Assembly: GCA_012295275.1 (NCBI GenBank)
Contig: CM022671.1
Coordinates: 19,716,001 to 19,780,000, forward strand
Direction of reading: 5' to 3'
DNA: 64,000 nucleotides
Source of the DNA: Chrysomallon squamiferum
Lineage: Eukaryota > Animalia > Mollusca
Position numbers and translations under genes: made by a program. The notes under the pieces are model-generated. The model saw only the letters and a program-made list of their open reading frames with translations, had not been told where the DNA came from and did no database searches. Below are positions 38,300 to 53,200 of the stretch, one piece after another; within the stretch, counting starts at the first letter, position 1, and every line of letters begins with the position of its first letter.

Positions 38300-41200
38300 T
38301 TTGTTCTTTGTTTAATTTTCAGTTATCTAGTCACAGTAATTTCAGCACTATGAGGGCCAATACTTGTGTTTTTAAAGGTATGAATGATTAATGAATCATT
38401 TATTATATCATGTGATGTTTACATTTTCAAAACCAAGTCAATAATAAGTATTCTCTTTATTGGTAAGATCAGCCTATAATAAAAAAAAAGAAAAAAAAAG
38501 TAACAAAACTGAAACAAAATCACAACTAGAGCAAACTAATAACACATATTTATAATGTTTGCCTTCAGTTGCACTGTGAACAAACTGATTTGCATACTAT
38601 CCTTTTACATTAATTGGACTATTGCAAGGATTTTTGGAGAGATCAAATAAATTTCAGCTTCATGTTTTTAATCCATATAATAAGACAATTTATTTATTTT
38701 CTGATTCACATTAACTATAATTACTTCATATTATTTTCACCAGACATGTATAATTTTTAAAACAAGACATAAATATCTATTGCTTATTTTTATTGTTTTA
38801 TAATTACATTCAGTAGTTGTAAACTTAATAACAGATGTCTACCTCTCATGAAAATTATTTTATTGTTCTTTCTCTGTTTCATATATACTATTATAATTAA
38901 AGCTAATAATAGCATTAAGAACAATTATTTTTTTAACATCTACACCATCAAATTTTATTAACAATTTTTCTTTTTTATATATTAGGTAAATATTGTAATT
39001 ATTAATTCATGATCGTAATTGTTATATGCTTATTACTGGGTTTTCAGGAAAATGGATATATGAACTAATGTTGGGTTCAAAAGGTGTCATGCAGCTTGGT
39101 TGGTGTACACTTCACTGTAAATTTTCACAGGAGGTAAAAAAAAATTATTAATGTTTTTGAATGTGTACTACCTTAGTGTTTTTGTAGTAGAATGGCTTCT
39201 GGATAAAAGAATAACTTCTTTTTTCATTCGTTTCTATATTTTGTATAAACAGTTCAAATTTCAGTTTTTCCTCCGATTTTCTAATTGTTTTATCAGCCAT
39301 TACAAGACTATTTTGTGCCTTTTTGACAGTGGGACAGTCTTTATTTATTTGCTGATAATTATAAAAATATCTCAAGAAATAGATGTCATATTATATTTTT
39401 GCCATGAAACTACTTACATTTTCAGGAAGGAGTAGGTGATACACCAGATTCTTATGCTTATGATGGTAGCCGGCTTAGAAAGTGGAATGTTAAAACTCAA
39501 AAGTATGGTGAGGTATGTAAGATATTTATAAATATAGAAAATAGTTATTTCTTCTCCTAATACGCTGTAAATTATTAATTCTTCCTTATAATAATGGTGC
39601 TGATGTGCATTTATATGTATTTATTTAAGACATTGCCATTTTTAACTAAACTGTATAATTTTAAGCACAGAAAATTGTGTCCAGTTTTAAGAATGTTTTA
39701 AAAAAGAATTACACTGAACAAAGAATATCAGCTGGTTTGAATAAAATATTAAAAAGGTTTCTTACAAAATAAAAGTTAATTAAGAAATTTTATATAAAGA
39801 TATGAAATAATCTGTTACCTTTGAAAGCATCATGGGCCAATTTTTCAGCCAACAAGATGATACAGCCTGATTATTTGTTCCTCTTTTATTTTCCAGCCAT
39901 GGTTAACTGGGGATGTGATCAGTTGTGCCATTGACTGTGATAATGGAACTATAACATTTTACAGGTATGTCAGTCAAAATACTTTTGTTAATGAGAAATG
40001 AGTGTTAAAGTGTCTTTGCATGTCTCCACCTTATTTTTATAAAATGTATTCTCTAATAATATTTAATACCATGTGTGGCATGTTTATAATTATTAATATA
40101 TCATTAGAAACGTAATACAGATAAGCAGACAGACAGATATATTCTGTTATTTTTTCACATGACCAGTGTTTTTTTTTGTTTTTGCAAAATATATTTCATT
40201 TTGATTGAAATTCTATGTTTATCTTTGTGAAACATGATTTATATTGTTATTCTTCTTACTATAATGAAAACATTTGAAATTTTCAGTCTTTGTTTTATAC
40301 CATGTCTAGTGCTCTATTTAGTATTATTTTTTTATTTAAATATTTATTATAATACTTTTTTTTGTTGTCAGAAATGGGAATAACATGGGACAAGCATTTT
40401 CATCTGTGAAATTAGGTCCAAACTGTGCCTATTTCCCTGCTGTCAGTTTGTCTGTGACTGAAAACTTGAGAGCAAACTTTGGTGCTACTCCACTCAGATA
40501 TCCTTTTTTTGAATCATTTGAATAATTGTATATTAACGAAATGATTTATTTTTGCTGCTGTAAATAATAATAATGTTAAAGGTGTAGCACTGGTAATATG
40601 AACAAGAAGCCAGGATATATTTTGTATTCTTACTTTAACTGTTTTATTTTTTTCTATGCACTGATCTTTTCCATAATAATTAAATAAATCATTATAATAA
40701 AATAACAAGCTTAAGATGATGCACAGAAATTAACATCTATTTGTTTCATGGTACACTTTCTAATAGAGAAATTGGGGAAAGGCAAACATTTGAAAAACTG
40801 AGTATAACTATTATGGCCTTCTTTTATACTGTAATTTATTAATTACTGTCAAATATACCAGGGCAGTTATTTTCTAATTTCAAGCATCGTTTTATATTTT
40901 TAGGATTTTGTAACACTCGGGTAATTTCATTTTTGTAGTAATTAATGGCATTAAACATTTGAAACTTATAGATAAAGAAATTGTTTCTTATTTTATTGCA
41001 CCTTAACTTTCCTACATATCCTGTTGAAGGCTATCAGCCACTTCAAAATCCACCAGTCATAGACTTGGTCAGGTCCCAGCTATTGTTTAATTACCTGGAG
41101 AAACTCTTACCTGTGATGATTGAAGATGATAAGGTAATATATATATTTAATCACTGACATATTTATAAGTTTTGGTACATATTAATTTTTTGTTAAAAAA

Positions 41201-44200
41201 TAAAAATGGCATATTGAAAAATTAAATGATAAAATTGCAGTATTTCAAAGCTCATAGAGATAGCATAAGATTGGATGTTATCCTGCAAGTCAGTACTATT
41301 AGAGCTAACAGTTGCTGGAAAAAACAAAGGAAAAACAAAACTCAGCTGAAACCAAACATTTCTACAGTAGAATGGGAACTACTGAGTAAACATAGCTACT
41401 GTAATAACAAAAAGATGCATATATAATTATGTACTGATCTCTGAGCATGGGAGAGTAAAATAATTGTGACTGTATTTAACAGGTAGCTGGTGCAGAGTTG
41501 ATTGCTGGGAAGAGTGAAGATGTGCTGCCACCTCTTACTGAACATCGGTCTCGGAAATGTACAGCCATGCTTGTTGCAGCACACATATTTGAAAATCTTG
41601 GTCCATTACTGGTCTGTATTTATTTGTTTTTAATTTTATTGTTGGTATTATTATTATTTATACCTTTCTTTCTTTTTTGCAATGAATTTATTTTGAAAAA
41701 CCTAATGTTATGGTTATGAGATTTTATTACGCATCATATAAAATAGAAAAAGAAGCTGTTCTAAATCATTTTAAAAACATGCTAAATAATTAGAATTTGT
41801 TAGAAAATAAATAAATAACTGATGATGATGATGATGAAATCATGATTTAATTTTGTCTATTTTATGTCAAAAGAGTACTGATTTTTTATTCATTTTATTT
41901 GTGTATTCATTATTTAAATAATTTCTTTTTTTTTTTCCTTTCAGAGAAGTGCCTACATTGTTGAATCGTGTTTGTTGAAATTTCTGCTGAAAATCTGTGA
42001 TTGTGACCAACAAGTGGATGAACCATACGTTGCAAAAATGCTTGACATACTCTGGGCTCTTCTGCAAGTAAGTTTTTGTTATTATTATTCTATTTTGTTT
42101 GTTTGTTTGTTTATCTTCCATATATTATTTTAAATAATATCATTTATATTAAAATGACTGAAGTGTGATCAAATTAAAATACATTAATTTCTTAGTAAAT
42201 TTTATTACTGGTCTTTTCCAGGACTACGAATTAAAGCAATGTCTTGAATATCTAGCCATTATTCTCCTCTCATCATACCGATTTTCTCCAGTAACACCAG
42301 ATTTCAAATATCCAGTAAGTTACCTTATATTTTTCTTATAAAATACTGACTGCTTAGAGCACAACCATGATATATCCATGTTTTATTTGCTTCAGTGAAA
42401 GTCAGTTAAACATTTTCAAAAGATCTGTAATGTCATGTCCTTTTTAAATTATTGGCACTATTATGATATCTACTCTGATTTTCTAACATAAGCTTTATAA
42501 GTATTGTGGACATTATGCTGGTACATACACATTCAGTGAACAATCTAACTGTTGACATAATTTTTAACAAACATTTATTAAATAGCTGTCAAATTATTTT
42601 GGTGCTAGCTTTATTGACATCCTTGTAAATATAAGTAAAAATTATACAAGAAAGATTAATCTATCAGGATTTAGATGATCAAAGAATACTTTCTTTTCAG
42701 GAAATGGTTTTTATTATTATATTTTTTCTCTTCTTTAATACAAAGGTAATAAATTACATGATTTAACCTGCGATTTTTTGATAAAGTTAATGTTTCTGGG
42801 TTTTTTTCTGGGTTTTTTTCAGAAGCAGTATCTGACCCTAACACTTGCTATACTCAAACATCCACAGACAAGAAGACATTTGTTGATTTATGTGTTATAT
42901 CCTTCATTTGTTTTGTTTAGTGTTTCAGTATTGAATACATTACAAGTTATAAACAATAAACTCTCATCTGTATTTTGAAATTAGTATACTTCAAATACAG
43001 TGGTTGCAACTGATTTAACTAAAATATATACATGGCTGCTACAAAATTATTTTTTGTTTTATGAGGGGAAAGTATTCTAATAGTTTGTTGTATTTATGAG
43101 TGTATTTTGTTTTTCTTAACCTAATTACATTTGATAAAATCAAATTTCCAATCTTTATGCACATAAAACCACCAGATGATGCAGGATTGGCTGAGATTAT
43201 TCCTTCTGTCTGGTGGGAAACCATGTCAAAGGTAACTTTATTCTTTAAGTTTGAGATTTAATGCAATTTCAGTGCAAGCCCATAATTTATAACATATTTT
43301 TGACTTGAAATAAACTAATAATTAGATGTCATTCATGATTTGTTTTACACTGAACTGGTTTTACTTTATAACTTTAGATAATATATTAATTTATGTTAGC
43401 CAAGTAATCTATTAGTATTTCTCATATTAGAAGTTAATCTGTTTAATATTTCTTGATAATGTAATCACATATAACATTTCATATTAACAACTAATCTGAC
43501 AAAATTTCAGATTATCAGTTAATCTTGTTTATATTTCATGTTAACATAATATCATTTAATATACAGGATGATGATGATGATGAAATTCCTAGTGTACCTC
43601 TTACTACAGAAGAAAAACTTAGACAAAAAACCTATACTGCTGCATGTGATAAACTGAGAAAGAAAATTGAAGGTATTTATCAAACTTTTATTCATATAAG
43701 AGAGCCATAATAGAAAACAGATGTGCAATGTAAATTGTGGTGGTAATGTTGTTTTTGTTTTTTTTCTCCATTAACTTATTTTCATTTAAATAAATAAAAT
43801 TTAATAATAAAATTTTATTACCAAAATTACTTGCAGTTTTTTCCTTGAGAATTCATAATTTAAAAAACAAATTAAGTATTTATAAAAAGATAGTAAAATA
43901 TAATTAATTTTCCTTTAGAATTTTTTTTTTTTTTTTTAATTTTTGCGATTTGTAGAATTAATAGTTATTTTTGCATCTTAATTTGTGAGATTATTGCTTC
44001 TTAAAAAATATTATTGGTAACACTGTATTTTCAGAAATTGAAGAAATCCAAATTGAGATGCTGAAAGTATTACTAATACATAATGATCCAAAAGATGTAT
44101 GTTTCATTTTCTTCAAACATTAAACTATTCATTTATTTTACTTTTTCAGTCAATAAATATGATTTAAATTCATTTATTTATAATTTTAAAATATCTTCTA

Positions 44201-47200
44201 TATACACTTTTTTGATCTTCCTTTTTTCTCAATGTCTATCTCTCTGACATATTCCCTGTGATCCATTTTTTGTTTCTCTTCTCATTGATTCTCCCTCTCT
44301 ATTTATTTTGTCTTTCACATGCTTTTACTTTCATTTTCACTGATTTTGTCTTCATTTTTTTTATCATTATTCTTTTTTCTTCTTTTTTTTTTTTTACTGT
44401 CTGTTTGTTTTTACTCTAATTATTTAGGTTAAACTTGACATTGTTCATTTCACAAACTTAAGATATTATTAATATGATGTTGAAGATTTCACAGAAAAAT
44501 TTTAATTTGTTATTTTAATTTTTTTTTTTATAGGAAAAGACCACAAGAGATATCTTCATGGAGAAACTGCATTCGTTTTTACATGAGAACAGTGGTGTGA
44601 TGCGAGTGTATCAAGTCAACACTTGTCCTCTGCCTGTCAGTCTCTGTTTCTTTCATCGTCTTGTCAAAGCTGTTCAGTATTATTGGGATATTTTCCAAAA
44701 AGAAGATCCAGCAAGATTTGTTAAGAGCACAGGTAAACTTAATTTTTAAAACATTATCTTTATCAGCAAAGATTTTTAACTAGGGCCATAATACAGTTTT
44801 TTTTTTTTACTTTTTAAAATTATTTTTGCTTACAAAAATGTGTTACTAGCTTGGGTCAAATTTAAAATTTTAAATTATCTTTATCCTGCAGTTGTTAAAA
44901 ATTATAAATTAATTATTAATTTGTGTGATTGAATTAATAAAAACTATTGTCATTAAACATTTATAATTATAATGAAGTAGATATTGTTGTATTTAGTGTA
45001 ATTTAATTTTACAGAGGCATTTTTGCCTATGCAACAATTCTGGACTGACTCAAGAGATTACTTTGACTTCCAACGCTGTGGCGGTTTAATGTCTCATCTT
45101 AACAGAACTCTTGGTGGTGAGTTTTAAATTATAGCATCAAGTCCATAGTGAATACAGGTTCAGTTTGATTATTTTCATGTATTGACAACATCCTTGTTCT
45201 TATAATAATAACATCAGTATTTCTTTCACATATTTAATTAATTTTCATTAGTTTAGCATAGTTTTTTAGTAAGTATTTATATTATAGATCTGTTTGGACG
45301 TTTTTCACATTTATTTAAACTTAAAAAAATTAAACATAAAAAATACAATAATTTTTTACAGCTGTTGATTTTTGATACATAAAATATTTGTCTGATGTAT
45401 TTTAATTTTATTTTGGTTTTTTTTACTGAGTTTAAAGAGTATGAATGGATGTTTGTAGTTTCATACAGCTTATTTTAACAGTAAATATAGTTTTATAAAT
45501 TTTCAGCTCTGACATGAAATATGTATATTAGTAATATGCAGAACATATATTGATTTTAATTTTATACATATATAATATTTTTCAAATCTATACATTTTTT
45601 CCATTTTAATTCAAAGCTGAAGTAAACAAAGCTCAGGGAATTTCTCTCACCGATGATGGAAAAGTTGTGAAAGTGGACAAAAAGTCAGGAAAAGATCACT
45701 CTGCTGAAAAATGTAAAATTATTTTAATTTATTTATTTTTTCTTTCCTTCTTTCTTATTATTTTTTTTAATTTTTTTATTTCCAGTAATGTAGTGAGTTG
45801 TTAAACTTATTTTGTGTTAATTTGGGGCAGGATATTGCTCATTAGTTAGATTATTGGTTGGTGGATCATCGTGGGATAAAAAAAGTTACTGCTGTATATT
45901 TACTTATTAAAGGACAAGGTGAGTGCTTTTCTGTCTGTGGGAATTTGTATATAAAATATTGATATGAAATATTTGATATCCAATAACTGATGACAGAAAT
46001 TGTTTATATTTTATTGAAGTTTGATAAGCTTTTTAGCATTATACATTTAGTTTTAATAGGTGCTTATATTGGTGTTGATATTTTTTTTTTTTTTTTTAAG
46101 AATATTAAAACCTAAATTCTAAAGTTTTAACAATATTTAGTTTCTGTAGAAAAAGAAATGATAATAAAAATGTCTGGTTTAATACCATACACATATAGAT
46201 TTGCTTTGATTTTAAATATGCTATTCTGTCTGTTGCAGCTGAGTATCCGGAACGTGAAATGCCAAGTGGAAACACTCTGATGAGACTTCTTGATAGTCTT
46301 ATTCTCCTCTACCATATAGCAGCACACAAACAACTAGGCAAGGTAAAAAAAAAAACAAGATTAACTGAATCTATTTTTATTAGTTAAGATGGCAACTTTC
46401 AGTGAACAATATTAAAATATTTTGAGATTTTTAATGCCTCTCTTAGAGAATAATAATCTCAGTTAAAGGGAATAATACTGTGAATGTTTTTGAAATATAA
46501 TACAAACTTTTGTAAACATAATTCAAATTTTGATTATTGATAATGCAAATTGTAGTTGAATATTACAGATTATAGTTAATAATAACACAGTTTTCAGTTT
46601 ATAATAAATAATACAAATTTCAGTTAATCATTTTGCAGACTTCATTTAATAATAGTTCAGATTTCATTGAATGATATTGCAAATTTAAGTAAATCATTTT
46701 GCTAATTTCAATGAAAAACATTGCAGTTTTTCATGTACCAGGTAATAATAATGTGTGTAAATGTTTAAAACGTTTTTCAGATGTGTGCATTACGAGATAA
46801 TTTAAAAGAATTTGTCCTAGCCTATCAAGATACAGAAGATAAACTGAAGAGATGTCCTTCAGATGTAAGTTAAACATATAAAAAATTGATTTGTCACCTT
46901 TTTTTAAATGTGGAAGTATTAGACTTTGATATAATGTAATTTAAAAAAAAAAAAAAATTATATCTGTATATGTTACAGATAAATTCTCTTTTTTTTTAGC
47001 GAAGGTGATAACTGTGTAATCAAGGTACTTTTTGGAGACTTTGTAAATCGGTCATTTGAAATGTCAACTCCAAATACATTTCTGTATGTTATATATTACT
47101 ACTTGACCAAAACAAAGATGAAAAACAATGCCATTTTTTTTGTCATATTTCATAATTAGCTAATATTGGTCTTAAAGGGCAAAAAAGGATTATTTAGAAA

Positions 47201-50200
47201 CATGTCAAATATATATACACACACACACGCGCACAACACACACACAAAATTGTTTGGATCAGGAAAATAATCATCAAGTCATACAATATTCCACTAAATG
47301 GATATGTTATTAGGACAAACTCTACTGATAAATTATTTATTTTTATTTTTAAAGATGATTGATGTACGTGAATACCTTGGTAATGCCAAGCAGGTGTTTC
47401 TTGACAAGATCACTGAGCAGGCTAGACAGATGGGATGGGTTGTTGCTGTTATTTATTCAAAGGTAAAGAATACAAGTAATAAAATGTTCAAAGATTTCTT
47501 TATTTGATACATGGTATGCCACGACCAAAATATGTTAGTATATTTGTTCATTTTGTAATAAAAGGAACAGATGATTTAAAACAAAAAATTTTGAATTTTT
47601 AACAAAAAATTTACATTTAAAACAGATGTGTATATATTATTTTTATTAAAAAGGCAAATGTTTTAACCAGTTTATAACCTCAAAAAGGTGAAAGCAATTC
47701 CATTTTCGTTCTGTTAACATTAGTGGTTTCAGTCTTGTTGAATCCAGCAATAAGGGTTTATTTTACATTAACAATTTTTAATGTGTCTGTCTCAAATATT
47801 TCACCTAAGAGTCAGGCTAAACACTGATATAAATGTAATAAAATGTTTATTTATTATATTGAAAAGAAGATTATAAAAATACTTACTTTGGGTATGACTA
47901 AACAAAATTATTGCTTTACTTTGAGTTATTATTTGTTTTACCAAAAATTCTCCTCTTAATATTAATTGATTTTTCACCAAAAAAAAGTATTGTAAATTAA
48001 GAACAAATAAAATATTAATACTTTTTCTTATCCTAAACAGACCAAGCAAATGGATATTACCTGGCTGTTAAATGTACTGTTGAAAACAATCGAGAAAGCC
48101 TCCAAGTATGGCCGACTGTTTCAGTATTTACCAGAATTCTACATAGAATCCTGTATTACCTGTTATATTGCACTGAGATACTACATGCACCCTACAATGA
48201 GATTTGAAGCAATCGATGGTAGATTATAAATTTTATAATTTGTGTGCCTGATTATCTTATCTAAGAATATACACTTAAACTGATAATCTTTCTGTCCTGC
48301 CAGATTTAATTTTAATTAAATCCCTTTAAACTTTCTCTGAGATAATGAATGTATTTCTATTTATAACAGATACATATAAGAATCTTTATTATAACATAAC
48401 TCTCACAGGAAATGTCAGTATAATGAAAGCTTTTCTAACCTTAATATTTAGTGTATTACCTTTTCACTTTTATTAGAACAGAATCAATTGATAATTTATT
48501 AGTGATAAATAATACTAATTTTGTTTTTCTTATTGTGGTGTGTTTGCAGGTCATGATGACTTGTTACTTAAGAGATATGCAGAGTTTCTCATCAATCATT
48601 TTGCTGATACCAGAATTGTCAGCAATGGTAAGACACGCAAACTATTTTTTCAGAACACGTTTGACATCTTATTCTGTACTGTAGTCAAAACAACCAGTAA
48701 AAGCTGAAAATATACATTCATTTTTAACATGCCTTTTCTCTGAAAGCATCTGCTAAATATATAGGGAGAAGATAATTATGAAAACAGAAGGAACAGTCGG
48801 CTATTAAATTAGAAAATAATGACATCTATACTGTTATAGCTTTTATTAATCTTTGAATTTTTTGCATCTTTTGAATTTCAGTTTATATTTTAATAATGGT
48901 TATAACTATTTAAAATTTTATTTACTCTTTTATAAAATCTTACTTTATAGATCTCCGTGATAATCTAGTCCAAGCTCTAGCTTGCTTTATTTGTTACCCT
49001 CGGACACTGAAGATTCTTGAATCATTGCCTCTCGATAGGTAAAAAAATGTGTGTGTGTGTGTTCGTGTGTATATATATAAGAAATTATCTAGACTTTGCT
49101 TAACTTAGAATGATTTTGTTTTCTTTGATATATTAGATACATGAATACATAGATAGTTTATTTAATGTTGTCTGCCACTGATAGAGGGGTGGTAAAAATA
49201 TTTTCATTTTAATGAGAAAAACTGACATAACAATTTAATTTTCTCACTTAATATAATTTTGATCATATGTTACAAAATTTAAAGTTATACGACAACAGTT
49301 AAGTTAGCTTTATTACTGGAAATATATTTAAAAACTGTTATGCATGTTATATTATTGTCAGATATAGTAAATGTATGTTACAATTGTGTCTAATGTTATA
49401 TTCTTATAATATATCTGATAAGTTATAAATATACTAATACATATATCAGACAATTGTGTCTAAATGTTATATTCTTGTAATATATCTGATAAGTTATAAA
49501 TATACTAATACATATATCAGACAATTGTTTTAAATATTGTATTATTACTGCAAAGGTTTTGGACAGCATTGTAAAATGGTAAAGAAATCTGACTTAAAAA
49601 ATTATGTTAATTGTTTTAACTTACATTGTTGTTATGAAAGAAGTTACATCTTATCACTATTGTTAAAACATCTGACTCATTTTTAAAAGTAATATATTAT
49701 TTTCTTTATGTTTTTATATTTCAGTCAAACATCTGTTCTCCGTGCACTAATAGCTCCATATGAAAACAGATCTTGGGCTCACACAAACTGGATTCTTGTA
49801 CGACTTTGGAAAGTATGTGTTTAAGTCATGAAATAGCTGGTTTAAATACTTTTTCTTTTACACTGTTAGTGAAAATTGTTTCAGTTCTTTCTTTTCAGGA
49901 ATATATCAACAAAAATGTAATTCATAGAATACTGACATCTTTTAACATGTAGGATACATTTAGTGATCTTTGCTGATTTTCTAGTGGATTATATAACAGA
50001 ATGTCTGGTGTATCATAGTTCACTCCTATCGTGGTTCACAGTTTTCTCAGAATAAACTGGATTCATTAATACATTTTTTCTTTTTTCTTTTTTTCTTCCA
50101 GGGCTGTGGTTTTGCCTTCCGATATCGCTACTTGCCAAATCTTGTGCCTTCAAAAGTTCAGCCAACTGAGTTTAGTTTTGTGAGTTTGCATAGTAAGTTG

Positions 50201-53200
50201 AAAGATTTATATGTTATGTCGGTAATGGTAACTGAAACATGTATTTTCAAATCAAGAATATACAGTGCTTTATACGTGGAAAATTGCAGCATCGTTGTTC
50301 TTATACAAAGCTGTTTTCTTTAACAGAATGCAAAGAGGATTTTAGAAATTGTATTGTCTATTGTAAAATATCTCAAATTTATTTTCAAACTATTATGAAT
50401 TGAAATTCTATTAATATAAAAATTCAGCATTTTTCCCCCATCTTAGATCATTTGCCAACTGTGCATTAACAATTCACATTTTCACTCTTCTAAAAGTTTT
50501 TGTTTTTTTCACAAACTGCAATTAAAGAGCCATGTCCGTCCCTCAAGTTCCAGTCTCTGCTTGCTAAAATATTGCTGGACGATGAACCAGCATCCACACG
50601 TTTCCTTGACACTTTGATGAATCAACTCAACTGGTCATTCTCAGAGTTTGTCGGCATCATGCAAGAGGTTAGTTGATTTTTTATTTATTATGAAATCTGC
50701 TTTAGTTGGTTTTTCTTTTCTCAAGTTTTATTTTGTTTTTTAACTTAAAATATTATTTTTTTAAAGTTGTAATGTCATCTGAGAATGAAAATCTAAATTT
50801 TTCAATAAGATATCTCAGTATGTCTTAATAAACATTAAAAAGAATGATGAAAAAAAAAGAGTTATAATAATAAAATGTTTCTTGCATTTTACAGCTTGTA
50901 TCATATCTGGTATCATAACCCGCTCAGTACTTTTAGTCACTACTATAGCAGTCATAATACAATGAGTAAAAACATAATAGGGTTTCTTTAGTGAATTTTA
51001 GGCTTGGTTTTAGGCATGTATGTGGCCTCATTTGTGAAGAGGTTAAATTAAAATGAAATTATCAACTTTTATTTTGAAAGACTCAAAGAGATAAAAAATT
51101 ATTTACTTTTATTTCCTTTTAGTAATGGACAATATTTCTTTATGTATTTGTTTCACTTGGCTTTTACCGATTTATGGGATGATTTATTACATAAACTTTC
51201 ATATGCAGGTTGCAGTTTCAAACTGATTTTTTTCTTACGTTCAGATTCAACAGCTTGTGACCAAAACTGAACATCTGTTTCTAGAAGGTCGACAGTTAAA
51301 GATCTGTGCTGCATGTTTTGAGATTTCTGTGTGTCTAATGAGAGTGTTGGAAATGGTGGCAACCATTGCACCCCAGCTCTTTACTGACTGGACAAGACCA
51401 TCTTCTGAACTCTTCCTTAAACGGATAATGCAAGTAAGTTATGTTATTATTATATATGAGAATATAGGTTGATACTCTATCTTGGGTTATTATTGTTTTA
51501 TACTTGATTAAGAAAATAGAGTGTGTATGTCTTTGTCTGTGCGTGTGTTTCTTCTTCTTCTTTTTTTAATACTTTTTAAATGAAACTAGTCATCAGTACT
51601 TCTTGAAGAAAAATGTGAACACACAATTCTTTCTTCCAGTAATTGTTAATTGTGTTTGTCATTACAATTCTTGTTTTTAAATTTTATTCTGAATTTATAT
51701 TCTTCTTCATTAATAAAATAATTGTATTTATTATTTTATTTTGTACACTGCATTTTCTGGATTCATTTAAAAAAAAAAAAATCAGTTGCAATAACTTAAA
51801 TAATTCAATATTGTTTTTAAATAGTTGCTAAGTCAGGTTTTGAGTAGAATCACATCCAGGGGTGGAGCATTTGAAAGTCTGGTCTCATTACCCATACCAG
51901 GTACTGTTTTGTTCTTAAATTATTTATCCTTAATGTTTACATTTGATATATTACTGGGTAAGAGTTACATTTTTTTTAAATTTTTGTTTTAATTTTTAAA
52001 TGAAAAAAAAAAAATAAAAAAAAATGTAATGCTGTTAGAACAAAGAAAAAATTGTTATAGTAGGTGTTGGTAAAATGTATCAATAAAAAACAAATAACCT
52101 TTTCAGAAACAGTATCAGTGTAGTTTTGTATTAAATATATTATTGTAACATTATTGGGAATGTCTCATGAAAAGTATTTGTTTTTTACATACAGGTTTGG
52201 ATAGTGTCACATATTTTCCAGTTCTTACAGTTGCTGTAGGAATTCTCAATCAGCTTATCAACAAGCCAGTTGGGTCAAAGTATGTCAGTTTTAGTAAAGT
52301 TAAACAATAAATAAAATTATTTTCATCTTATATTTTAGTCTGTGGAAAGAAATATACAAATGAGCACACACACACACGTGCACATTTTACAGTTACATAT
52401 TTATGCTTTATAATTCCTATTTTGTAAAACTAGATAAGAAAAGATAAATTAATTATTAATGTTTTTATATGATAAATATTTAAAATATATCATCTTGAAA
52501 ATAATTCAGAACAAAAACATTACTAAAAATTAACTTTAAACCACAAAACTATTTTGACTATTTCAGCAAGGAGAAGGCAACCAAGGCATTACTGACAGAT
52601 ACTGGTTTCCAGCTGTCTACTTTAGAGTTTGTATTGGGAAAGATCCCTCCAGTCAAACCAAAGGATAAATTCTTTTCCTTATCAGACTGTAAGATATTGC
52701 CAAACTGATATGCATAATTAGAATCTTTTTTTTTCTTTTTTTTTATTTACTTTTTTTTATTTATTATTATTACTTTATTTATTTATTTTTTTTTTTTTTT
52801 TTTTTTTAAATATTTATGGAAAATAAAATTGTAAATCTTTTAAATGCATTATGAATTTTTGAAAGAAACATTTGTTTATAGAGAGAAATTTACTGCATGA
52901 TTTTGTTTAATGATTACAGTTGAAGAAGTGAATAAAGAAGAAGTGGAAGAAATAGAAAATTTGTATCTGTATCTGCAGGAGAAACAGAAAGAGCTGGACA
53001 AACAGCAAAAAGTGTGAATTAAAACCAACCTGTTAATAATTTGGATACGTCAAAGATACTTTAGCTAGGAATCATGGAAAATTTAATATTATTTTCTTTA
53101 AGTTATGTTCTTTAATTCATTAGGAACAAAAGGATATATGTATATTTAATAATAACAAAAATAATAGTAATAATGATTTAATAAATGTTGTAAATTAATA

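Noticed and set aside
49380-49528. Short direct repeats that could suggest a CRISPR-like array (also 31150-31319)
   Set aside because: Only two adjacent copies, no unique spacers, eukaryotic intron context and no cas genes.
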